Shown: piece by piece, positions 40,153 to 54,057 of the stretch
Position numbering within the stretch: the stretch's first letter is position 1
Layout of the letters: every line of letters begins with the position of its first letter
The notes under the pieces: generated by a model
What the model was told of the DNA's origin: nothing
Database searches by the model: none
The model's input: the letters and a program-made list of their open reading frames with translations, nothing else
Program-made: the position numbers and the translations under genes
From: Octopus sinensis
Lineage: Eukaryota
DNA length: 64,000 bases
Assembly: GCF_006345805.1 (NCBI RefSeq)
Contig: NW_021835981.1
Coordinates: 4,739 to 68,738, forward strand
Direction: 5' to 3'

Positions 40153-41473
40153 AAAGAACTATTCACCAGTTAATCAAAATGAATTGTAAAATGTGGGGAA
40201 GCAGCTTTTAATGTTAAAAACTAAAACATTCTGGAACTGACCACACCTGTGATCAGTTCTCGTCAATAAGAACAAAACAAAAGAAATAACTACTAAAGAT
40301 GCATTTGAACGAAATGCATGCTAACCTGAAAATGAATAAACAATTGGAAAGCAACCCATAATCGTTATGGAAATAGATGTAGCTGCATATGATTAAGAAT
40401 GTGACTATTATGAGGTAATAAGAAAATATAAGAAACAAGTCGCAAACCAATGGCGTACACGAATTGCAAACAGATGAAAAACTTCAGCGAGATAACTAAG
40501 GGAACATTAAAAGAACGTCATATAGACACACGTACTCGTTCCGAAATGTACATCACCGGAATACAACACATACATACATACCAGCACATATAAATACATA
40601 AAATTTTACAAGCGTATTATATATATATATAAATATATATATATATACATATATATACATACATATATATATATATATATTTGTATGTGTATATGTTATA
40701 TGTATATATGCAAACATACGTATGTGCTTGTGTTCCCATATGTGTGAGAGATTGAAAGTATGATTGTATATGTGTTGCTTACACACACGCGTACTCACAA
40801 AACACATATACACACAAACGATTTATACACACACAAATCTAGACACACAGCCATATATAAATGCATGCATGAATATACTTCTGTATAAATGTACACATAC
40901 ACAATACTGACATGCATGCACACAAATAAACACACACACTGGTACATACCCAATGCACCACCGACACACACGCACACACACATACACACACACAAAAATC
41001 AGTTATTCTTTAATGCATTTCATGTTGACATCCTTTTATTTTTACGTATAATTCACAGTGAATTTCAGTACGTAAATAGGTTTACGTATAAGTTAATATA
41101 AATATCACTCGCTACAACCCAGACAAATATATGTATATATGTGCGTATGCATAATTTTATGCATGTATATATGTATGTATGTATTATGTATATATGTGTC
41201 TGTGTATATATATATACATATATATGCGCGGATTTGCGTATATATTTATATATACGTACACTTATTTAAAGCACCTGTCATCTAATCGGAATTTTCTGTC
41301 TAATCTCGATATGGGACGATAAATAGGCATTGAGTAATAAGTTTTAACGATCGATTATTGAATCATCTGTATTCTCTATACACACCATATTGTTTATACT
41401 AGAGACTAACAAATGCGTTTCACTACGATCACTTGACTAATCCTTCTAGATTATATATATATATATATATATA

Positions 41474-41600
41474 TGTATTAGTATAACGCTCAGGAATAGA
41501 AAAAGTCTTTTACGTTTCGAGCCTATGCTCTTCTACAGAAAAAGACACGGAAAAACCAAGTAGAGAAACAAGGAGAGAAAAATATGTGTTGTGGCTAGGA
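41474..41600 (-). mobile_element. Family B repeat with a variant minimal hammerhead (41507-41542)
   Basis: Reverse complement: UUUU-CUGUAGA-A-GAGC AUAG GCUC-GAAA-CG-UA-AAAG. Confidence 0.65.
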
Positions 41601-41742
41601 ACAAAAACGCAAACATCCAGACAGTTAGGTGATACAAAAAAGGGACAATAAAGCATCCAGATAGACCATACAAAAAACAAGGGCAGGTCATTCGGAGTTA
41701 TATTTCCTCAGTCGAGTTCCAGATTATCTTTGCAATTTCGTC
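41600..41742 (-). repeat. Dispersed repeat of unknown class; inverted homolog at ~62540-62690
   Basis: catccagacagttaggtgatacaaaaaagggac...ggtcattcggag...agattatctttgcaatttcg matches the reverse complement of 62541-62686. Confidence 0.75.
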
Positions 41743-42070
41743 TGAGGGATCGGAAAAACTAGAGAGAAGGGCACTCACCATATTTAGTCGCAGTTTCATG
41801 TATTATTTAAAACAGGTTGATTCGGTTCTATGCGACTTAATGTTTCGCATGCTACTGAGGGAAGCCCAACTCCTTCAGGTTTCTGCAATACCAACTGGAG
41901 TGATCCAGGAAGTCCAAGATGGCTACAGGAGGATAAGTTGCTATTGGTCAAGAAGGGTCACATGACATTATCGTGAATAATGTCAATTCGTTACGGACAC
42001 CAATTCTATCAGAAAAGGGAGTTTCTTTGACCTCATGGCTGGACAGAAACTATGGCACAAGGCGAAATGC

Positions 42071-42302
42071 CTATTTCTTTACTACCCACAAGGGGCTAAA
42101 CACAGATGGGACAAACAAGGACAGACAAACGGATTAAGTCGATTATATCGACCCCAGTGCATAACTGGTACTTAATTTATCGACGCCGAAAGGATGAAAG
42201 GCAAAGTTGACCTCGACGGAATTTGAACTCAGAACGTAACGGCAGACGAAATACGGCCACGCATTTCGCCCAGCGTGCTAACGTTTCTGCCAGCTCGCCG
42301 TC
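42071..42302 (-). mobile_element. tRNA-derived SINE with the AGCCCCTTGTGGGTAGTAAAGAAATAG tail
   Basis: Near-identical to 47938-48172 and 49059-49290. B box GAGTTCAAATTCC. Confidence 0.93.
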
Positions 42303-42582
42303 TTGGTTGTGTTAAAATATTGAGAGATTAGTGTGTAGGCCAAGCTTTTCAAAATACGCTCGGCGTGCAGTCTGTGTGATGGAAGGCTTTAATTTAGATC
42401 ACTTTAAATTGTAAAATTGGTATCACAGAACAAGGGGCGGCCTCAAGTGGGCTGGTTTCTAAACGGCTACGATCTACACAAGGAGACTGGTACGTGATGG
42501 AAATGCTCAATTTTCCGGTTAAATGGTTTGCATAATTAACAAATGACGTTCGTTTAAATTTTCTGTTTAAATTTTCTCATCA

Positions 42583-42762
42583 GCCGTGGCTGTGTGGTAA
42601 GAAGTTTGCTTCCTAACCACATGGATCCGGGTTCAATCCCACAGCATGACACCTTGGGTAAGTGGTTTCTTATATAGCCGCGGGTCGGTCAAAGCCTTGT
42701 GAGTGGATTTAACAGAAGGAAACTGAAAGAAACCCATCGTATATATATATAGATACACACAC

Positions 42763-42821
<59 letters not shown>

Positions 42822-43080
42822 CACATACATGCATATGTAAGTGTGTGTGCGTGTGCGTATGTGTGGTATGTGTATGTGCGTTGTGTTTTTGTCCCCTGCC
42901 ACCACTTGACAACCAGTGCTTGTGTATTTACGTCCCCATAACTAGTAGTTCGGCAAAAGAGACCGTGAGAATAAGCAACGGGGTTTGAAACAATTTTGCA
43001 GTTGGGTCGATTCATTCGGCTAAAAATTTCTTCAAAGCGGTGCTCCGCAGTCAAATGACTGAAAAAGAGTAAAAGATAAG
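42583..43080 (+). mobile_element. GGCGCAGGAG-family tRNA-derived SINE
   Basis: Colinear with 53097-53512. Confidence 0.88.
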
Positions 43081-43707
43081 CGACAAAAGAAAAACAAGGC
43101 AATAATTTTCTGAGGTTTACGGCAGATCATCCGTCTGTGCCTTTTGTCTAGAACTTAACAGTCCTTGTTGACTCCGGCATTGGTCTACTTCGTTTCATTC
43201 TCAACATGCAGAGTACCACTGATCATAAACGGAATATTTATCTTCATTTTGTTAAGAATTTTTTTAGCTCTACATTTATAAACAGTATTTCGACCCCTCA
43301 TCAGAGGTGTATTCTTGGGTCTCCCGGGGATTTCGATTCTTAAAAACACGCTCCCTAACCAAGATAATCCGATCTGAGTTGATAAAGCCGAGACCTATGT
43401 CCAAAAGCTGTTCTATTCTTTGTTGTTCCGATTAGATATTTCATTTATCTTTATTAATTCCCTGTATTTATATGCGATAACTTCTTTATGCTTTTATGTA
43501 TGGGTGTAGGTTTTGGTTTTCATCAAGTTTCTTCTGCTTCTTCTTTACATGTTTACATTACTTTTCTTTCCAGTATCGATAATTTTAATATTTTCATTTC
43601 AATTATGTAGCTAGTATTTTGTCATCTTTCTTTCTAGCAATAGCTAAAAGCCTTTTATTAATTCTGACAACTGTAAATAAACATCTCTTCACGTTTATAT
43701 ACATACA

Positions 43708-43740
<33 letters not shown>

Positions 43741-44206
43741 ATGTATGTATACTAAATATACATTCATATGTTACATATATTTATGTATGTATGCATGTAT
43801 GTATGTATGTATATATGCACGCATGTATGTATATATGCATGCATGTATGTATACGTACATAAATATATGTGGGTGGGTATTCAATATACGTAAATAAAAG
43901 GATTCGAACAAATGGAGTTAATAAACCAGTAATTGCTGAAGGGTACAAAATAGTTTACTTTACAATATATTCGCCATTTTACATGAGAGAAAAAAAAAAC
44001 CTTATCAGAAATAAATATATGACGTGAGGAGGGGAAAAAAGACGTGCACAATAAAAAAAACCAATGTGTGTATATATACATGTATATATACTTATTTTTA
44101 CTTTTGTCTTTGTCTTGACGTTATCAATTTTTTTTTTCTTAGTGCATTTAGCTTCTAGTCTGTCCTTTATCGTCTGTTTACATAGTATGTGTGTGTGTGT
44201 CTCTCT

Positions 44207-44241
<35 letters not shown>

Positions 44242-44539
44242 TTACAATTGTGTCTGTCTGTTGTTGTTCTGGTTGGTGTTGTTTGTTTGTTAGTTTGATT
44301 CCTTCATATAGCCTAATCGTACTAATTAGCCAGCCTTTATATGTTTTAAATACTTCAAAGAGCAGTATTTGCTTAACTTTTTTGGCTTGTTGCATGCCTG
44401 TTCTTCATGTACAAATAGAAAAAAGAAAGACACAGGAAAGTGGTACTGAGAATGAGTAAAATGAAATGGCTTCGACTCTTGGAACATGACAAGTAGTTTT
44501 AGCGTGAGAGAGGTAAGACAATCGCATCGATCCATGTGT

Positions 44540-44885
44540 TCAGCAGGGGTTTGTTTTTATAATCTGGAAAGAATGAAAATTTGAAATTCGAAAGTAAACA
44601 GCCGGAAGTAATGTCTGACGTTAACCATTTTGTCCGACGCGCAAACGAATCTTCCAGCTCGCCGCCTTAGTGATAAGAATACTTTCTATTATATACACAA
44701 AACCTGAAATTTTGACGGAGAGTGACATTCAATAACATTGACTTCAGTGTTTGTCTCGTACATAATTTATCGACCCAAAAGGATAAAAGGCAATGATGAC
44801 CTCGACTGAATTTGAACTCAGAACGAAAAGAGCCAGCAGAAATATCGCTAAGCATTTGGTTTGATACGTTAACGCTTCTGCCAAC
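44540..44885 (-). mobile_element. Two degenerate GGCGGCGAGC-head SINE copies
   Basis: cttccagctcgccgcc at ~44651-44666, and ttatcgacccaaaaggataaaaggcaatgatgacctcgactgaatttgaactcagaacg at ~44769-44825. Confidence 0.75.
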
Positions 44886-44949
44886 CCATAGTCCTAATAA
44901 GTAAAACAAAATGAAGACAGCCGAATGTAAAATAAAGATGTGCGTGCGC

Positions 44950-45003
<54 letters not shown>

Positions 45004-46282
45004 AGACTGTAACAAGATATATTTCACCTGTATTGATTTCAAATTATGGCACAAGGCCAGCATTTTCGAAGCATTTTCAAACCCTCTCCTGATCTACCCC
45101 GAAGTCAGAAGAATCCGTCTTGTGATTATTTTTCTTACGACATTCTTATCCTATGTCTCTTGTACTGGAGCTGTGATCTCTGAATGACGTTTAGTAGAAT
45201 ATGAACGAGATGTTTCGCAGAAGTAGTAAGATAGGGCTTATTGTAGCTGCCGGCTAGTATACTTTTTTTGCAATTTCTCCTTCATTTACACGTGTTGTAT
45301 CTTACAAGCTTCATCTACTCCTAAACATTTATATGGCTGAAAAGGATACCGTTCTTATTATGTGATTTTATTCTGACGAGTAGCTGCTGGTGAGACGTAG
45401 ATGTCGCAGTCAACCTGCATTTCGATTAAATAAAATATGAAGATTCAACTTTTCTATGACTTTCTTTCTTCAACAGTTTACATTCCTTCGTGTTATTAAA
45501 GCTTCTTACAAACATACAAACACTTATACACAGCACCAGTCGCAGAAAATTCATTTTCCGATTGTAATCTAATGTTTAATTAATTTACATTCTTTTCGAA
45601 CATTTATTGCTATTTGATAATCATACTTAAAAATCCTAAATAAACACACATAGAATTTTTAGTTGCTTCTAAGTGGTTTCAACTCATTAAAGTAGTTTTG
45701 CATCATCTGTATAAAAGAAAACGACACATAATTTATCAATGCCATATACGTTTACTACTAGCATCAATCCGCAAATGGAGTCGAAGCTGAACAATATAGA
45801 AGACGAGAATACGAGAATAAGGCGTTTTATTCTCGCATTGAACAAGTTTTCCTAAGCTTTACATCATATCTTTATATTGTAATGTAACAAATATTTTATA
45901 TTTTGACGTGAAAGGTTTGAGATGCTGCCTTAATATTTTATAGGAGCAGTTTTGTTTATAGGTTGTTGTCTCTAATATCCATTAGCGAGCTTTCCTGTCG
46001 CATACTTCTCGGTAATCAATCTTTCGTATTTTGCTCTTGTTGTTGATTTCGTTTCTCTCTTCTTGCTATCTTCAATAATTGCTGTTTTTAACATCCAACC
46101 GTCATCCCATTCACACTAACCAGTTTTGTAACAATATTAGCACACACACACACACATATTCACACACAGACATGTGATATGCACACAGTTAGATCGTAAC
46201 TGTCTTCCAGAATTTACAGTTTCTAATATTTAATCATCCGATCAAAAATGAATATAAACATATATAATGTACATATAGACAT

Positions 46283-46556
46283 AGGCGCAGGCGTGGCTAA
46301 GTGATAATAAGCTTTCTTCCCAAGCACATGGTTCGGGTTTCAGTTCCACTGCGTGGCACTCTGTGTATGTATGTGTTAATATTTGTTCCCCATCATCGCT
46401 TACAATAGCTGTAATGTTCCTTATGACCTCATAACTTAACGGTTCGACAAAAGATATTGATAAAACATAAGAATATATATTACAGTCGATTAAATCATCC
46501 AAGAGGTAGTTCGAGCATGGCCGCAGCACTCTCACTGGATCAGGTAAAAGATAAAA
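46283..46556 (+). mobile_element. Internally deleted GGCGCAGGAG-family SINE
   Basis: ggcgcaggcgtggctaagtg...ggttcgggtttcagttccactgcgtggcac...gagcatggccgcag. Confidence 0.8.
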
Positions 46557-46629
46557 GGCATAACACCAGGAAATTATTCCGAGAATGACAATGTAACAAT
46601 TATTTCGCCCCTGACAAAGGCTTTATATC

Positions 46630-46841
46630 CCATGCTGGAGCACCACCTTCAGTCGATCAGAACGACCCCAGGACCTATTCTTTGTAAGCCTAGTACTTAT
46701 TCTATAGGTCTCTTTTGCCGAACCGATAAGTTACGGAGACGTAAACACATCAGCATAGGTTGTCAAGCGATGTTGGAGGGACAAACACAGACACACAAAC
46801 ATATACACATACATACACACATACATACATACATACATACA

Positions 46842-46877
<36 letters not shown>

Positions 46878-46973
46878 TATATAATATATATATATATATG
46901 CATATATATATATATATATGTACACACGCATATATATATATATATATATATATATGCATATATATATATATAT

Positions 46974-47066
<93 letters not shown>

Positions 47067-47117
47067 ATATATATTATATATAATATATATATATATATAT
47101 ATAATATATATATATGC

Positions 47118-47174
<57 letters not shown>

Positions 47175-47355
47175 GTATATATACATATATACGACGGACG
47201 TCTTTCAGTTTCCGTCTACCAAATCCACTCACAAGGCTTTGGTCGGTCTGAGGCTATAGTAGAAGACACTTGCCCAAGGTTTCACGCAGATGGACTGAAC
47301 CCAGAACCATGTAGTTGGTAACCAAGCTTCTTACCAAACAGCCACTCCTACGCCT
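46630..47355 (-). mobile_element. GGCGCAGGAG-family SINE with an expanded internal (TA)n/(CATA)n tract
   Basis: Head at 47190-47355 and body at 46630-46800, both colinear with 53097-53512. Confidence 0.88.
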
Positions 47356-47379
47356 GGCTTGTAGGTATTTCTATAGAAG

Positions 47380-48330
47380 ATCAGCATCGAGAAGATTCTC
47401 CATTGCTTGGAATAAATTTGTACTGTCGGTATGGGTAGCTAGTGTGGCTGCATGTATATTGATGGCTATTCTGAGAGGGTTACATAAAAAGCAGCGGCCC
47501 CCAAACAGTTGCTTTAGGTACGCCATTCGATATTGATCTCCTTGAAGAGGACTACATTGGAAGCTACAGCCTTGCTTCTGTGTTTTAAGAAGTCATGTAA
47601 CTACTCAGTCAGTTTTTCCACGATGCTGAGTCTCCGTAGTTCGTCACATATTCCATGATAAGACTTATCAAAGACCTTGCAAAATCAAGATATATCTCAT
47701 CCACGATTTAACGATTCATTACTTGTTTCAACACCTAGTCATAATGCTGCAGAATCTGTCCAAGGCAGCTTCTGCCCGAGCTAAGCTATGGCTGAGTGTC
47801 AGGGAGCCAGTCATTATCTTCTAGGAACGGGATCAACTTCCTCCCCACAATTCGTACAATGACTTTATGGGGATAAAGTGAAAGGTCTATCATTTTCAGA
47901 ATCTGCTCTACTTCCTCATTTCTGGATAGGATATATACCTATTTCTTTACTACCCACAAGGGGCTAAACACAGACAGGACAAACAAGAACCGACAAACGG
48001 ATTAAGTCGATTATATCGACCCCAGTGCGTAACTGGTACTTATTTAATCGACCCCGAAAGGATGAAAGGCAAAGTCAACCTAGGCGGAATTTGAACTCAG
48101 AACGTAACGGCAGACGAAATGCGGCTACGCATTTCTCCCGGCGTGCTAACGTTTCTGCCAACTCGCCGCCTTAAGGATAGGATATGTACCATCCTTTAAC
48201 TTTCTGCGGAAGAGAATCGACGGTGGTCTTGCTGAGACCCACACCCTGCGAGATCTAAGCTGAATCAATTTTTCTCGTTTCTCTTTTCTATCGACGTGGT
48301 ATTTCATATGGTTTAACATATCTTGTGACT
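47380..48330 (-). mobile_element. Decayed CR1/L2-like LINE reverse-transcriptase fragment, interrupted by a SINE
   Basis: Reverse-complement translations PI.K.GSRADSENDRPF, KVIVRIVGRKLIPFLEDNDWLPDTQ, VDEIYLDFA..FDK. Confidence 0.75.
47938..48172 (-). mobile_element. tRNA-derived SINE with TSD
   Basis: TSD GGATAGGATAT at 47924-47934 and 48175-48185. Same family as 42071-42302. Confidence 0.93.
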
Positions 48331-48569
48331 GACAGCCAGAAAATATTTCATAGCAGCATTTTAAGGAATAGGCATAATCGTTGGCATGGCTGTGCTACGA
48401 AGTTCTCTTCCAGCCATTCGAATTATGTGCTTAATCCACTACGGGACAACTTGGTTAAGTTGCTTCTACTATAAATATTTGGGCCGATCAATAATTTCTG
48501 AATAAATCTGGCAGACGAAGACTGTGGAAGCTCGTTTTATATATTTGAGTGTGTAAACAGTTACTCTTT

Positions 48570-49002
48570 ACAATTTTTTCTCTCTGTTTTTTACTTTCTC
48601 TCTTCCTTTTTTGTCCTCTCATCCCGTTCTGTGGAAGAGCGTAGGTTCGAAACGCCAAAGACTTTTCCATTCTTTCCGACCGTCAAACTGATACACGCCG
48701 TCGTCTTGTGTTTCCTGTAAATTTGAACGATATGCATACATACATACATAAATACATACATACATACATACATACATACATACATACATACATACATACA
48801 TACATACATTAGAGCGTTAGCCACTACACACATTTATTTTTCTCTCCTTGTTTCTCTCCTTGTTTTCCTAGTCCCTTTCTGTAGAAGAGCGTAGGCTCGA
48901 AACGTAAAAGAATTTTTCTATTCCTGAGCGTTGTACTAATACATCTGTTTGTTTTGTACACCACCTGTCTTCGTCTTTTGTTTTTTTCTTCGTAACTCAC
49001 CC
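48570..49002 (+). mobile_element. Two tandem family B repeats with variant hammerheads 250 nt apart
   Basis: CUGUGGA at 48629 and CUGUAGA at 48879, each followed by A-GAGC GUAG GYUC-GAAACG. Separated by (CATA)n and ending in (TA)n. Confidence 0.7.
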
Positions 49003-49026
49003 TATATATATATATATATATATATA

Positions 49027-49058
<32 letters not shown>

Positions 49059-49060
<2 letters not shown>

Positions 49061-49290
49061 CGGCGAGCTGTCAGAAACGTTAGCACGTCGGGCGAAATGC
49101 GTAGCCGTATTTCGTCTGCCGTTACGTTCTGAGTTCAAATTCCGCCGAGGTCGACTTTGCCTTTCATCCTTTCGGGGACAATAAAATAAAGTACCAGTTA
49201 TGCACTGGAGTCGATGTAATCGACTTAATCCGTTTGTCTGTTCTTGTTCGTCCCTCCCCTCTGTGTTAGCCCCTTGTGGGTTGTAAAGAT
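49059..49290 (+). mobile_element. tRNA-derived SINE
   Basis: GGCGGCGAGCTGTCAGAAACGTTAGC...GAGTTCAAATTCC...AGCCCCTTGTGGGTTGTAAAGA. Confidence 0.93.
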
Positions 49291-49317
49291 ATATAAATAT
49301 ATATATATAATATATAA

Positions 49318-49350
<33 letters not shown>

Positions 49351-51245
49351 GACAGAAGACAAATAGATAGATACAGAAAGGGAGAAGAGACATGTCTGTC
49401 CTTTGTCTGTGTGTACAAGCATATATATTAAGGTGTGAGCATATGTATATTTACGTATGTACATAAGTATGTATGCTTGAATGTAAGTACGTACGTACTA
49501 GTGTATGTATGTGTATATGAATTTATATATGTATGTATAGATGAATGTATGCACGTATGTATGTATTTATGTATATATGTATGTAAAGTTGTTATTACAT
49601 TTATCATATGGTTGAAGAATCCTGTTCAAAGGTCAAATGAGATAAGCCTGCTGATCAAACGACTCAAACAAACACCTCTAGAATATATTCGTTGTCTTCC
49701 GGAACTACTGATATGATACGAGACATTTCCGAATAAATATCAGATTTTGGCAGCGAAATTTGACAATTCCACACGTTGAGAAGCAACTAGCCGTTTATCT
49801 CGAACATTGTCAGTGAATTCTTTAGCCATTCGATAAAGTTAATTAAGAGAATTGTATATTTTCTCCTCCTCTAGAGGAGTTTAAGCAAGGGTTTCTTCCC
49901 AAACGGAGCAGTGCGCAATTTATGAGTTCTTTCCAGAATTTGTTTAACCTTTACAGATTTCTTTTTTTTTCTAACTTTTTTTCTAAAACTGAAAAATACC
50001 AAGCTTCCCCACCGACAAGAAAAAATAAATTTTAAGTGCCTTTGCTCCCACCTCTTTACTAAGGAACCAAAATGGAATTGGTAAGTCTATCATTTCTACC
50101 TTCGCCATGTTTGATATTTTGAAAACAGTCTTCATTTATTTAAATGAGGCGTCATCTTCCACCCCATTTTCAATCCCCACAGACTTATCCTACATGCAAA
50201 CACTAGTTTAACTAACAACCCTCAAGTCTCCCAGGACATCTATGATCAAAAGCGTTCAAATTGTGACATTCCGTTTTTCATATTCCGAGAATAGTTCATC
50301 TGGTGGTTATGACGTAAAGATGGTTCAATGGCGAACACGTTTCAGACGGCGGAGAACAGGACACTATCTCTCAGACTAAGGCATCTTTAATGTCTGCAGG
50401 GGTCGTTTACGTTATATAGTAAGATTTCAGAACTGTTGGATGCTATTCATGACAGATTGAGCAACAGTGGCTTCTATGATCCTTCATTCACACATTTTCG
50501 TATTACCAGGAATACGTGTGTTGGTATTTGTGTGTGAGCATTTATGGGATCTAGTTTGGGTGTGTCAGTATGTGTGTGTATGGCTGTATATGGCTGAGGA
50601 AAGCGCAAAGAGTTGTCAGCCCATTCCATTGTCAAAATCTTTCCACTCTTCTTTGTGCATGAAGAGGTGGTCGGTCTTATTGTATCTGGTGGTTATGACA
50701 TAAAGATGGTTCAATGTCGAACCCGATTCAGACGATGGAGGTCAGGACACTATCTCTCAGGCCAAAGCATCCTTAATGTCTACAAGTTTTGCTTGAAATC
50801 GAAGGCAAAGATGACGACGACAACGCTGATGGGGGCGATGATGATGACGAGGAAAATCGTTTGTACATAGGTGTTTGAATGCGTTAAAATAAACAAAGGG
50901 AATTGTAAGATTAACAGCCTTATAGATGTAATGACACATCACATCTAAATATATTAAATATCTTATTTCTGTAAAGTTTTAATACAATTCCAATTTAAAT
51001 GCGCGTGAGATTTTATATATTTGCATATGTGTGTGTAACATAAACATCTATATATATATATATATATTATATATATATATATATATAATATATTATATAT
51101 ATAATATATATTATATATATATATAACATATATAATATGTATACATTATATATATATAATATATATACATATATAAATATGTATACATATATATTATATA
51201 TAAATATATATAATATACATATATAAATAGTATACAATATATATA

Positions 51246-51278
<33 letters not shown>

Positions 51279-51288
<10 letters not shown>

Positions 51289-51622
51289 ATATATACACAC
51301 TTATACATATACACATATTTACATGCATTTGTGTTGTGTTTCATACATCATATATAATATATATGTGCACGTGTGTGTGTATGCATAAGCATATTTTCTA
51401 CACATACAGACACGCAAACACAACATATACACATTCTCGCCCTGTCTCTCTGTCTCTCAAACACATTTAGACACTATATATATATAAATATATATAATAC
51501 ATACACACGTAATACATACAAATACACATACATAGATACAGGCATACATACCTACATATATATATATATGTAGGTATGTATGCCTGTATCTCTGTATGTG
51601 TATTTGTATGTATGTACGTGTG

Positions 51623-51715
<93 letters not shown>

Positions 51716-51910
51716 TGTCTAAATGTATTTGAGAGACAGAGAGACAGGGCGAGAATGTGTATATGTTGTGTTTGCGTGTCTGTATGTGTAGAAAATATGC
51801 TTATGCATACACACACGTGCACATATATATTTATATATGATGTATGAAACATAACACAAATGCATGTAAATATGTGTATATGTATAAGTGTGTATATATA
51901 TACATACATA
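51279..51910. repeat. ~630-bp foldback (inverted duplication) centred on (TA)n at ~51563
   Basis: 51279-51555 is the near-exact reverse complement of 51570-51910, apart from microsatellite length and a few substitutions. Confidence 0.93.
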
Positions 51911-53096
51911 CATACATACGTACGTACATACATACATAAGTGTATTATATATATACACATACATACTGATAGCATATATACATGTATACATACATGCATA
52001 CAACCATACATACATACATACATACATACATACATACATGTACACCTATGCACATACGTATCTCTTTGTGTATATACAGAATTATAGATGGATGTGTATA
52101 GGAATGCATGTGTATGTATATAGATTTGTGTGTCAATGAGAGATTTAAGAAGCAATTACCTATTCTGTCTCTTTGTCATTACTTCAAAACCGAATCTCTA
52201 GACGAAAGTTATTACTGTAGTAATTTTCGCTTTAATTACCTCTGTTTAATTTTAATTACCTCTCTTTAATAAAACACTAAATGCTTTCTTTTTCTTTTTT
52301 TTTTTTTTTTTTGCTTTTCAATAAACTTCAAAAATCATGAATATGGTGTTTCCGGATGTATTTGTTCTTCGTTCGACCTGCTAGTATTAGGAATGAAACT
52401 GCACCAGTAACATTTTACCTTATTAATCTTTCGGTTCAGGATTGCGCATAAAGAATGATAAAAATGGCCTCGATGCAATGACAATAGCAACAGCAGTTAG
52501 ACAGTAAATCAGTTAGATGGTAAATCTACGGGGTCACGAATCAGACAAATTTCTCTCAAGTTATGGTTTGCCATCTTTAAATCGTTACTTTTGAGCGTTT
52601 TGTTCAACATCTATAATATAACTAACTGTAGTCTATAAATTTTAAATGCATAGTGAATTTTTAAGGGATTGTCCCCTACATATATGAATGCTGAAATTCG
52701 TGTGGACTCTTCGATAAAAGCATAGTCGTAGGTTTTTCAAGTTTCAGCGAACCTAAGAAAATATTCAGAAACGTCATGTGGAACGCATACATTATGGTAC
52801 GATGAAGATCCTAGATCTCTTTGGTCATAGATCGATCTAGACACCTCACTGCATCCCCGATAAACCCCCACCAGTTGTCTCAACTCGTCATACTAAGGGT
52901 CAAGGGAGTCAAAGAAGAGAGAATTAAGCTGGTCGTTCAGTGCAGCATCCTACCTCTGTAGCGTCTATGTCCAGTGAAAGTGAAGCCTTGAAATTCTTGA
53001 AACCGTAAACAGACGATGAATCTTATACTGCCATGGCCGCGATGCCATGTGTTTCTAACACGACGAAATATCGCCATTCTGAAATAACCTTATATA

Positions 53097-53267
53097 GGCG
53101 CAGGAGTGGCTGTGTGGTAAGTAGCTTGCTAACCAACCACATGGTTCCGGGTTCAGTCCCACTGCGTGGCATCTTGGGCAAGTGTCTTCTACTATAGCCC
53201 CGGGCTGACCAATGCCTTGTGAGTGGATTTGGTAGACGGAAACTGAAAGAAGCCTGTCGTATATATG

Positions 53268-53298
<31 letters not shown>

Positions 53299-53512
53299 GT
53301 TTGTGTATCTGTATTTGTCCCCCAAGCATTGCTTGACAACCGATGCTGGTGTGTTTACGTCCCCGTCACTTAGCGGTTCGGCAAAAGAGACCGATAGAAT
53401 AAGTACTGGGCTTACAATGAATAAGTCCCGGGGTCGAGTTGCTCGATTAAAGGCGGTGCTCCAGCATGGCCGCAGTCAAATGACTGAAACAATTAAAAGA
53501 GTAAAGAGAGAG
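53097..53512 (+). mobile_element. Full-length GGCGCAGGAG-family tRNA-derived SINE
   Basis: A box TGGCTGTGTGG, B box GGTTCAGTCCC, CORE-like CTTGGGCAAGTGTCTT, tail AAAAGAGTAAAGAG. Confidence 0.93.
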
Positions 53513-54057
53513 TTATCCGTGGAGACCCATGGGAGATTATTACGCGCAGGGTAGCAGGCGCCATTTTGTAATTTTCGTTCTCCATTCTATACAGGTATCT
53601 AAGCGGTGGTGTCTCGGTTGTGTACGGAAAGGACAATAAGATATCATGTCTAAACAATGTTAAGATGGTCATGTCTGGAATGTATTTCATTAAATGAGAT
53701 GGCTTTGATACACAAAACAACAGCATGAAAGTTCTCTAAAATCAAACTGTGCGATTTAATTTGAAGATTTTGTTTTCGCCGCCGCTGTTGTTTCAGGGAG
53801 AGAACTGTTAATGAAACCAACCTCAGTAGCCTGTATTTGAACTTCATTTTAACAATCTTGGAAGCATGAAAGATAAAATCTGGTTGGAATGTGATCAGAA
53901 CTCATAATGCTGAGTCAGAATAAATACCGTGAAACACTTTATCCAGCTTTCCGCCAATCTACCACCTTAAAAACAAAAAAGACATAAATATTGAACAGAA
54001 ACACAAATTGAGTATAACACTGTGGATGTCTTTCCAAAAATGCAGAAAACTACATAC

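Noticed and set aside
45070-46130. Possible decayed LINE fragment
   Set aside because: No convincing protein motif could be read.
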